Assembly: GCA_963514005.1 (NCBI GenBank)
Contig: OY740818.1
Coordinates: 14,880,001-14,944,000, forward strand
DNA from: Raja brachyura
Lineage: Eukaryota
Direction of reading: 5' to 3'
DNA length: 64,000 bases
Position 1 is the first letter of the stretch, and each line of letters begins with the position of its first letter. Positions 36,601 through 48,600 of this stretch are shown in pieces. A program made the position numbers and the translations under genes. Under the pieces are notes generated by a model that was not told the DNA's origin, searched no databases, and worked only from the letters and a program-made list of their open reading frames with translations.

Positions 36601-39600
36601 CATAATAAGGCAAAATCAGAATGCAATTTCTTCAAAATTAAGGGAGACCAACAATTATGAACTCAATCTCCAAATTTCATTATAGCAGAATAACCGAGAA
36701 CTCATCAAAAAACGGAACTCTCAGATTTTACAGCGTGTTCTACTGACCTTAATGTAAAGTTAATTCATGTTTTCAGTCTGATAATTCTTAATCTACTCCA
36801 AATTTAACTTTTATTAAAGAGTAAAATAAGTGTATTAACTTCTTCTAAAAAGTGCATGATATACAATTTTGAAATCTCCAAACCAATGTGCTGATCAAGT
36901 CACTCCAGCATGGTGTCACTTACAATTTTTGGATTCATTTCAACAGCTGCAGCAGACAAAATGGAATCATCATCACAAAGAATTTGAACAAAATATGACT
37001 TTTAATTGCTACTTGTATCAGTAATGCTTCAGAAAGACATTATGTGCATTACGTGTGGCTGGGATGATATTTCCTGAGCAAATACCCTAACATTCCAGTT
37101 AAATAAATTGATATGTGTTTGGTAGCTTGCCCTAACAAAACTATTTTCTGTGTGGTGAACATGCACTTAATTTTTTCCTTGCCATTAAAAGTTTTATTGA
37201 ACCGGATAGCTAAATTTAGAGTGTTTCTGTAGACAAAAGGTTTTTCTACCCCATAACTGGGGTTCATTGCTTGCTGTTGGCACGTTTAGCAGCTGCCAGT
37301 ACAGACATACTCAAATACAGGCAGATCCAATTTCAAAGGTTGAATGTGGAAAGAGTGACAAGTTCACTACCGTGTTTCGCTTCAACTGACCTGCAGTAGC
37401 GCTCCCTGCTCAGAAATAGAACAGAGTACAAGGATGCATTATTTAAGTTATAAACTCCAAACTCTAAATGAAATAGAGAACAAGTGAATTTGCCTGCATT
37501 TCTTGTCCCATCAGTCCCAGGACAACCATAGCAACACTATCATGAAACAAATTAACTCATAAATCATTGACAACCCGCAAATCAAACTATTTAAATTTGA
37601 GACAATGGGCGCCATTTCATTTTCTAGTTTACTTTCTCTTTTACCTTGTACATAGCATCGACTGCAGGGTAATGCCAGTAAGGTACTTCCCAGAAAGTCT
37701 GCCATGAAGCCAGTATTCATCTGCACAGAATCACGCAATGGTTGCTCTCCAACCAGAGGCTTGAGCTCACTCGAGCTCAGAGAGACGCCATGAGAATGTT
37801 CAACAGTTGCATCAATCCCAGAATCTTGCCCTGTCAGAAGTCCATTTCAGGTGGAGCCTCTTCACACATGCACACCTCAAGCTGGGCTATTTGCCACAAC
37901 TGATTCTCTCCTCCTTGCTTTTACTTAAAGTAACCACATGCAAAAAGTGACTCGTCAGCTACTCATAATAGGTCTAATTTCTATTTAGAGGGTTCATCCA
38001 ATCAAGGTTAATACTAACACATATGTTTTTCAGTACTTCAGTTACCTCCATCTCAGTGTCAAAGATGCTTTAGTATAATATGCACATGACTGCAAACAGA
38101 ATAAAAAGTAGCGCCTCTGTTTAAAAGGAATATAGTTTGAACATTCCATGCATTTTGGAGATTGTAGTGCAGTTTACCTCATCAGCTGGTAGCGTGGCAA
38201 GTGGTTTTATGACTGTAGTGAGGGGAACCTGACATTGTTTTGCCATGTCTGAAGTGCAAGGTATATTGTAAGTTGCACATCGAATAAAACGAGGACTTGC
38301 ATTCCCTGCAAGACAACAAAATAAGTTTTATGCTCCGATGCAATCAAAGTTTTACTTTATAAATGCACTATTAAGGAGCCGTTTCATTTGTAAACCTCCA
38401 TTGGGTGTGCTCTTTTTCATTGATTTAACCAAAATTTAAAAAACTTAATTTACAGTATTTTTGAATGCTTCATTTGTATGTAATATACATCATATACTGC
38501 AAGGAAACATCAGTGATCTAAAACATTCGTATGTTGGTTTAAAAAGAGAAAAAGATTGACAACTGTGGGCAAAATAACAACACACGTTTAAATACAAGTA
38601 CACACCTCACAAATATATTTAATAATAAACACCCGTAAAAACACAAATAAATCATGTATAGAACTCAGTCTTTAGCTAGATTAATTAATTTAAATGAAAG
38701 AACATTTAGTTAAAAGCATATGAGGACTACAAATAAGAACAAATGTGAAATATGAGTTTATAATTTACTAAGTATAATAAAAGTTGGGGTTGGGCAACAG
38801 GAAACAAGATGCTGCAATTGATTAAGAGATCGGTACAATCAGCTGTGTATGTTCAATGTATGCTCTGCCACGCCAACGTAATGGGAAAAAAATTGCTCAG
38901 GCCCTGTATGTGGAAAATCCAGGATGCTGGAATTGAGGTGGCAGTTTTGCTAGTTACTTTGCTGGCATTAAGCCCTTGAACTGCAAATTAAGATATACAA
39001 TTCTTGAATCCTTTTTCTCATTTATTTTAGTTTTTCAGAAATCTCTATGACATCAATGTGAAAATCACCCAATATTTTTACAACCGAGACATATTGACAG
39101 ATGTGGGTACATCTTGAGCAGCCATAGAATCAGGTTATAAAGGTCCGTCAACTCAACTCATCTATGCCAACCAAGATGCCCAATCTAAGCGAGTCCCATT
39201 TGCCCATGCCTGGTCCATATCTATGGCCTTTCCTAGCCTCAACTACATCATTTGGCAGCTTTTTTCATACATCATGTGTGGAAAAAATTGTTCCTTAGGT
39301 TCCTTTTAAATATTTCCCCTCTTGCGTGAAAGAGGTCAATATGATTTGCATGCAAGCTTTGCTTCAAATCACAAATATGAAGGAGTTTTGTTGAACATAT
39401 CAAGCTGAGCAAATTAAATCTACCTTGATCCTTTACCACAAAGTCAGTAGTCACGAGTGGTGGGACTTGTCCTCTTACACCTGTCGAAAATGGTTCAGAT
39501 CCTCGATTCGACTTATCATCCTCAATTACTTGGATCTGTTACAGCACACAATACAATATCTTAGAGTCATTTATTAAAGTTCAAGCTATCCATTATCATT

Positions 39601-42600
39601 TGTAGAGATGAATAGATGCATTATAAGCTGGTATAAAAGGATGAGCAGCCAATTCCACTATGTAACATTGACTAACCACTTAAACCTTTGCTAACAGTCT
39701 TGTGAATGCGTGTGCTGCCCGAGCCATAAATGGCCTGGATGCTGAGTTAGCGGATCATCATTGGATGACAATTGCCTTTAGCACTCCTCACATGCCAAGA
39801 GTAAAGAAATCAGCCCAAATTCCCAATCAAAGTGATAAGTGTTCAAACGCAAAGGTGTACACGATTGAGCGTTCAACTGTGGGAGCCTCTCCACCCTGCT
39901 CACAGTGTCTATTGTCTCAATTAACCATTTGGACAGGGTACCAAATAGGTTTTTGATGCCTGTGGACCAACACAAAAGCACTAAAGTGCATATCTAAAGT
40001 GTGCAACACAGATGAATTGGAAGAAATTGGAAAGGACAGGGAAAGTAGAAAATCTTTTACACATCGAATCTAGACTTGCATTACACCAAACATTTGCCAG
40101 TCAAAGGTATCTCAGACTGGATCACTGAAGGGCCTCCAATTGGAGAAAAACTCATTCAGCACCTGCTTTTCACTGAAAAAAATTCAAAATAAGTACATTG
40201 ATTTAATGCAGCCCCTAAAATCAGTTCTAAAAAGTCATAACAGTACCAAAGTACCGATAATTAAAGTCGCAGCTAGCTTTCTCAGTTAGCTTGATTTTGG
40301 AATGGCATCTAATGACCACTCTAAAACTTCTCCAAACTTATTGTTACTACTAATTAATACACCAAGGATTCTGCAATTAAAACTATCCCAAAAAAGAGAA
40401 GAGGGTTTTCATCTCTTGCACAGGTTTCATAAAAATAATTAAAAATGTATAGAAATTATATTGATAAAGTGTAATGGGGGAAAAAATAAAATCAGTATCT
40501 AGCTAAAAAAGCTAGTTAGTGCTGGAAATTAAAATCCTGACCAAAATTGCTCACCATGTATGCAAGTTTAGATCCTGTAATTAAATATAAATCTCTATCT
40601 AATGCTAACCTATTAAAACATGACTGTAAGATCACAACATTAATGTGTTCAAACACTAAATTCTCCACAAGTCACATGATAAAAGTTTTAGTAATCAATT
40701 GGAAAGATTTGCAGTATAAATATTTTCTTGGGCATACACTTTAGCTGTCATTTACCTTTTAAATAACATGTGGAATTGCAAAATAGCACATACAAAGTGC
40801 AACAACATTATGACCTTACAGCATGTAGTTCACAATTGCAGATCAATGAGCCTTTGAGTTTAAGCAGGGCAGTAATGCAGAAGGTAACAGCACGTACATA
40901 CAAGCAGACTTACTGGACTAGGAATTGCATCTGGATCTATTCTATGTCTTGTTTTCTTTTGAGTTGGCAGTTCATTAAGTTGCTTAAAAGGGCACAAATG
41001 AGCAGCAAAACAGGAGAGAAACAAGAGTAACAATTGTTACTTCTACCTTCCTACACAAATGGTGCCATATCAGCAAGTCCTTTGATATACATCATTGCAC
41101 ATGCAAGTAGTGCTAATCAGTTAGACAGCTATCTGAACACATCAATACCAAATGCAAGACCTCTTAACTGCCTTAAAAGAAAATCAACATTTCCTGAAAA
41201 TATTTTGGGAAAATAATTCCATCTACAAGCGTGTTAGCTCTTCAATTATGTGCTTTTCAATATTAATTCAGAAAATCTGATAAAATTAAGTGCAATTTAA
41301 AAAAAACGGTTGAAACATATGGTGTGGTTTTAATGTTTCTTTCATTCATGCCAGTTTCCCAGACACAAAAATGAGTTGAGAAAGCCAAATACATTAGACT
41401 GACCATGTATGATTAAATGGTTAGTTGTGAAAGGATGTTTGCAACAAAGCAACCACATTCATCTCCTGGGTAGGGAAAGTTCGATAATTAAAATATCCTC
41501 ACCAGAATTAACTCCAAATGGTGCAAAACACAAAGAAAATCACTGCAACTGCTTAAAGTAAAATAGTACCTCTTTTCCCTGAGATCAATGTATATCTATG
41601 GCAACCTATGCAAACATGTTGGGATACTGGCAGAATTATATTTTCAACCATTTGCTTTTCAATTAAAAGAATTCACCATTAATCTACGCATTTATTGATC
41701 TGAAAATATTTGTTTAAAGTAGAAAGCTGAGAAAAATTATTAAGAGCAGTGTATTATCCTATAATTTAAACACTCCCTAACAAAGATTCAAGGTCTTTGA
41801 ATCATCTGCTTTCATAAATTCTGCAAAAACTCAATCCAAAGTTTTGAGGACAACTGCACAAACAGAAATAACATCATTCAAACTCACCTATTCACAAAGA
41901 ACCAACAATCTCCCCATTATTGCATTGGTTTCAAAAATAATGATCAAATTTGCAGTTCTACTACTCTTTCCAAAGACTCTTCTAAGCATTATCACCAATT
42001 AACTCACATGCATCACGTCCACCTAAACTACTTAAAACTCAGCCTGAAAATTGAACTTTTGGTCTTTGGGACCCTTATAGTTACAGGTGCCAAAATATTA
42101 AATATTGGCTTATTGGCAAGTATTTCTAGCACTTTTGGTATTAGATTTTTAACATCTGCAGTGATTTGGAATGCTGCACTTTTTACCCTGGATATATTAT
42201 TTACACATCTAGGATCGTTTTCAGACATATTGAAACAGCCTGATTTGGGTATCTAAATTCAAGTGGCCAGCAACAGCGGAACTATTAAAATTATTTTTGA
42301 GTATGTTAAATTAACATATATAATACTAGTATAACATGTATAATACATGGGTGCTAGGTATTCAACTAACAGATGTATTAAAATCTACATTGGTAATTAA
42401 ACATTACCTGATATATCAGAAATAAATCAGCCCTGTAATGGTGCCACAATGGAATACAAGTTTAAAGCACCTTATAGCAAGGTTGTTTATTACCTTGCCT
42501 CAATACCTATCTTGGCATTTAAGGTCCAATCCTGCTGCCTTGTCTAACAGCCTCACTCTTTCTACATCTCGTGCTCTCTGTAGAAATCAGCAGACTCAGA

Positions 42601-45600
42601 TACATTAAAAAAAAAACATGACAAGGTGAGGGATACAAACACTAGGTTCATCAGTTGCAACAGCAAACTGAATCTTAACGTCTAGGTGGAAAGTAAGCTG
42701 GAAGCAAAGATATTGATACCAGATTAGGAATGAACTAGTTTGTCCCACAAGCATAAGACCACCAGAATTCCAAACTATTCTGAAGAAAATTGGATCCATC
42801 AAGTAACACAATTTGCTAGTGCAGGAATTGCTATTACTAGACACAGCTTGTGCTGGTTATGTACATGTGAAATACTGAGGCTATTAAAAAAATACAAAAA
42901 ACCGACGTGAACATGGGTTCAAACACATTGAAAAAAGGGTGGGGGGTGGTGGTGGTTTACATTCAAATCTCCAACACACCCATGCAAGTGAATTATTTTC
43001 AACCAATTAAGAGCAGAAAGTGAGAAAATTTACTGAGCAGTTCTACAAACATTAGAACACAACAGGGTGAATAACAAAAAAAATCAGTGTGCTTACAGGG
43101 CTTGGAATGCTGTCTGGGTCCAATCGTTTCTGCTGAGGTGGAGGTTGACTGCTGTAATTTGGTGCTCCAGTGGAAGGTGCGGCATAATTTGGTTGGGGCG
43201 CCCTCATTTGCCCAAAAGAACCTAGAACATCACATCAAGGTAAGTGGCAGACTTGCATATCCCAACCCCACGTCATTACAGAACACCACTATCCATTCTT
43301 ACAACTACAATTTGCGTTTGTGCAAATTCACTGGCAAATTGGATCGTCACCCTTATAAAATAGGCTAAGCAGAATGCATATCTAATAAAAAAGTACACAG
43401 CAAGGTAGGCATCTGTAACATCAAGACAGCATCAGTTTTACAAAAAAATATATATATTTTGAGTCCCACTTCAGAGCATCGCCCCCAGAATTGTGTAATG
43501 CATCAATCAATTCCACATTATAATGTATGACTGGATTGGTCCCATGACCCTTTTAGGCAGTGCGTTCAAAATCTTGCTTGGAAAAAATATTCAATTGCTC
43601 AACTTCCCTTCCTGCCTTTACTTAGAACTCATATTTGAAAGTGGGGCTCACGTGGGTGGAGACAGAAATATTTTCATTCCTGGGCAATACGGTTCTGAAA
43701 ATCATTCCGTTCAACATGATGCTAGCAGTAGCAAAGATATCGATCAGAGAAAACTTTGTTCTATGTATTGCATAAAAGCTTACCGTTCTGTTGTGGTACA
43801 AATCCCTGATTAGGTGCTGGATGCATTTGAAAGCCCTGAGTTGGAGCACCAGGGATTGCCCCTGGCATTCCAGGCTGTGGACCCAAAGATCTGTGATTAG
43901 GCTGGGGTGGATAAGGTCCTGATGGTGGCTGTCCTGGCAGAGGTTGTCCATGCATCGTAGGAGGTCTTTGCATTGAAGGAGGATGATTCACACCCGTAAG
44001 ACCTATAGATGTGGGAGGAGACGAGAAGGTTGACACTGGGGGGGGTTGCCCAGGAAAAGGATGCTGAGGAAGGCTATTATCGTGCGGTGTGCTTGAGGGA
44101 ACATTCTGAGGCAGTGCAGAATACGATGCTGGGCCCACATGCGGCAAACTAGTTGCAGTTGGAGGTCGAGAAGCAGGCGGACCTGAAAACAGAATATATT
44201 TACAGTCATAAAGATTCCTACAGAAACAAAAGTTAAAAAAGCCATCGAGTTGATAAAGTTCACAAATGAGGCAGAAAGAATTATACAAATTTCATAACCA
44301 TTTCAGGCATTCATTATTAACCAGGCACCAAATGCTTGTGATATGAACATTTGTGATTTAAAAGGGTGAAAAGTGCAGCACAAATTGTCTAGTATATCAA
44401 TTAAAAGTGAGATTACTTCCTGAAAGTGGTGAGAATTTAGAAATGTAGTCAGAATTGTAAAGAACTCCATTAATTGAGAGGGACAAAGCACTCCCCATCA
44501 ATTCCTAAAGGGACAGAATTGATTACCATCAAAATTATGCACTTCAAATAACATATGCAAAAACTGCAAGTTCTACATTTATGGTAATGACCCACACCCA
44601 GCTCCTTTCAACTCCTGTAGCCTCTCAAATAACCAGATTGCTGTCCAATTGTGTCCCCCGTCTCCGTCTGCGCTGAGGCCTAATGGCAGAGCTGGCAGCC
44701 TCCAACCATGACCGACCTCGATGCTCCGGACAGAGCCAGCCAGGACTTACCAGCGCGAGGCTGGCCGACTTCGGGGCTGTGGCGGGTTCAGGCGTTCCGG
44801 CGGCCCGAATCGGAGCTGTGACGGCTTTCCGGTGGCAGCGACTTCGGAGGTTCGGCCGCGGGCCCAGTGGACGACATAGTCGTGAGCTCGCAGGTCACCG
44901 GTTGGTGACCTGTTTTTCTGGAGCTCCCGTGGCAACAGCTGCGTCCGCTGGACTTGGAGCGCGGCAGCTTTGACCGCCCCGGGTCACGGAGTTGAACCGG
45001 CCCGTTCACGGAGCACGGTTCAGCCGCGGGACTTACTTACATCACCCGGGGGTGTCATAACATCGGAGGCCTGGATCGCCTCAGCGCAGGGGAAGAGGAA
45101 GAACAAGAAGGGAAGAGACAAAGACTTAAGATTTTGCCTCACATCACAGTGAGGAGGTGTCTGGTGAACTCACTGTGGTGGATGCTAAATTTGTGTTTAT
45201 TGTGTGTTTTGTTATTTACTATATGTATGACTGCAAGGCAACAAAATTTCGTTCAGACCGAAAGGTCTGAATGACAAAGTTTCCATGAATATCTTTGCTT
45301 TCAAGTTCCTCCATGGTTTATATCATCTTCTTTGCAATCTTCTCTTGTCCCGTCACATCCAAAGTGCTAATGGTCCTTCAGTTCTGAGCATTTCATTATT
45401 CACATTACTGAAATTAAGCTCTCAAATTTCTTTCTTCAAACATTGTCCCTTTTTTCAAAGGCATGCATTTCAGTCTAAATCTCTCATTAAGGTGTTTATA
45501 CATTTACCCCAACAAAACACTCCAGTGTAACTTTGGATACATTAGCACAAAGACCTTACATACATTTACACTATCAAATAGTTACACTTACAATTCCACA

Positions 45601-48600
45601 TTTTCTAAGGCAATAGATGGTGAATTTCATGCAAATAAAAGATTCCACGAATTTACATGTAAATAAAAGCAAATGAACTAAAGCAACACCCTCACCAAGG
45701 GGCCCAGGTACTTTTCAATGGATTAATTCGAGTAATTATGTTAATATCATCCCAGACTGTTCGTGTTCTCCAGGGCCTGTGGTTGCAACAGTGACACAAA
45801 TTTCTTCTTGGTCACTGACCAGCATTACACCACTCTGGTCACACACTCTTCTCACTGCTATAATTGTGAGGGTGGTTCTGAAGCCCGAGAACCATAACAC
45901 CCATGTTCAAGAACAGCTTCTTCCCATCAGGCTTTTGATCCATACTGCACAACCCTACCCCAGCAATGATCTACTATGGACTTTGTTTTTGTTCCACACT
46001 AGATTAGATTAGATTCCTTTATTGTCATTCCGACCTTACGGTCTGAACAAAATTGTTACCATACAGTCATACATATAATAAAAACAAAACACACAATAAA
46101 CACATATCCAACATCCACCACAATGAGTTCACCAGGTACCTCCTCACTGTGGTGGAAGGCAAAAGTCTTAAGTCCCTGTCTTCCTCCCTCCTAGTTCTCC
46201 CTCTGTGCTGAGGCGATCCAGGCCGCTGCCGCCGCTGCAGCACCGCAGATCTAAGCGGACCGCCGCCGCCGCTGGAACACCGAGCTCCAAACCAGGCCGC
46301 CGCCGCCGCTGGAGCACCGCAGCTCCAGACCAGGCCGCCGCCGCCGCTGGAGCACCACAGCTCTGAGCTGGGCCGCTGCCGCTGGAACACCGAGCTCCAA
46401 ACCAGGCCGCCGCTGGAGCACCGCAGCTCTGAGCTGGGCCGCTGCCGCTGGAACACCGCAGCTCCAGACCAGGCCGCCGCCGCCGCTGGAGCACCACAGC
46501 TCTGAGCTGGGCCGCTGCCGCTGGAACACCGAGCTCCAAACCAGGCCGCCGCTGGAGCACCGCAGCTCTGAGCTGGGCCGCTGCCGCTGGAACACCGCAG
46601 CTCCAAACCAGGCCGCCCCCGCCGCTGGAGCACCGCAGCTCTAAGCGGACCGCCACCGCCGCTGGAGCACCGCAGCTCTGAGCTAGGCCGCTGCCACTGG
46701 AGCACCGCAGCTCCAAACCAGGCCGCCCCCGCCGCTGGAGCACCGCAGCTCTAAGCGGACCGCTGCCGCCGCTGGAACACCGAGCTGGAAAGCACTGCAG
46801 CTCTGCGGGCCGCCGCTGGAGCACCGCAGCTCCGAATCAGGCAGCCGCCGCCCGCAGCTCTAAGCCGCCGCTGGAGCACCGCAGCTCCGACCCAGGCCAC
46901 CGCCACAGCTCCGCCATTAGGCCTCAGCACAGATGGTGATGGGGGACACGCATCCCCCCCGGAGGGAGAGACTAAGACTGTTTCTCCCATCCCCACCCCA
47001 CACATACACCAACCTAACAAAACAAAATTCTACCGAACAATCACAAAAAGACACAAAAAAAAAGAAAGAAAGAAACAGACGGACTGCAGGTGAGCCGCAG
47101 CTGCCAGCCAGCGTGGCCACTTCCGGAAAACTTCTTCTGTTACACTATTATGATCTTCAAGTATCATCAAGTAAATGATTGCATTTTGACACTATACATT
47201 TATTTGTTATGTTCTTACATTAATAAGCCTGAAAACAAGCAAGTAAGGATTTCATCTTTCCTCTCCCAGTGCACATGACAATAAAACATTCTTCACTCTG
47301 TCTTGACAGGCTCTCATAAAAATAACTTGGTGCTGCCCAGCTGGCAGAATGACCTGGGTTCAATTCCAACCTCCACTGCCCAGTATTGCAACCTCCACTG
47401 CTCAAATTGCCCAGAGAATTCTATGATGTTCTTAAAAAATATTAGGAATGCTGTTCTCAGAATGGCAAATGATTGGCCTATGATGCACACGACTATTTCA
47501 CAACTTCAACTGTATAAGATCATTTTAACTTTACCTACCGTAACCTTGGCTGACAGGCGACGCACTGTTGCTGGAAACTCCAGTGATCTGCATGTGGGCC
47601 ATCTGGTTTGGTAACTGTTGAGCATGACTGAGCGAGGGGGCATACTGTTGATATGGCATCGGTTGACTACCAGAATGAAGTGTATTACCAGGCATGTATT
47701 GCTGAGACTGTGGAAGCCTACAAAAAGATTTTAACAGTTAATTTGTAATGTTTTTAACTGCAAAGCCAGAGTATGAACTGGGATAAAATGCAGTTTGAAC
47801 TGTAACAGTTACTCTGAAGGCAGGCAAATTTACCTCCTTCCTGCAATGTGTCTGGGTTGATGCATAAATGCCAACATTCAGCATTCCCACTCAAAGCTTC
47901 AAACATGCTGTATGTTTGCAAACCATTTCTCAACTGTGTTCCAATGCTGCCCTCCTCATGGACTTCAGCAGTGCATGAAACAGGTGTAATTGCCCAGCAA
48001 ATTACACCACATAAACTACCCACTAAAATCATGGCACATTAAGCATATTGCAGGAACTACCTATTCATTCGAATACAGCAAAATTGATAGAAAGGGATCT
48101 AACAGTTAAGTCATTTCAAGAATAGCCAGGTTCATTTCAAAGTTTTTAATTCAATGTTACTATCCTAAATACTTTAAATGTTTACTGAGAAATTCCAGCA
48201 GACACCTTGTCCAAATGTCCTCGGACAGCTGTCAGAAAATTTAGGGCTTGAATGTAACCCTAGAGTCCCAAATTTAGGGCTTGAATGTAACAACTAAAGT
48301 TCCAAACTTCCTGTCATGTCCTCCCTGTTGTCATTCCAACTCACGATACAAACATGGAGTATCAATCTCAGTGCTTTCAAGCTGCACAACAGAATATTCT
48401 GTCTGGTCAACCTGCATCAGCTTAGATGTGCTGCAGTATAAGAAACCTAATTCATTTCAGCGAGGAACCACTGAGGGAGCCGCGAGTTGGGAGTCAGAGG
48501 GTGAGTTGTGAGTAATTAACATTTATTAAATTAACGGTATGTATCTCAGTGGTTCTTAGCATTTTCATCTTTAAAAGTTATTAACAGTATAATTTATCAC

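Larger units (their letters stand above)
45825..47295 (+). mobile_element. Decayed Rex1/Babar 3' fragment split by an insertion
   Basis: [11 protein letters not shown]...FKNSFFP-like coding remnant at 45825-45935; tail gcaagtaaggatttcat...cacatgacaataaa at 47238-47285. Confidence 0.6.

Noticed and set aside
46067-46824. 212-aa and 218-aa repetitive ORFs
   Set aside because: By-products of a stop-free GC-rich minisatellite inside a retroelement; no splice signals or domain.
46220-46895. CRISPR-like repeat and spacer appearance
   Set aside because: The linkers are short and themselves recur, and the context is a vertebrate intron with no cas genes.
48237-48305. Telomeric TTAGGG signal
   Set aside because: One hexamer per 33-bp unit of a simple local duplication; not a telomeric array.
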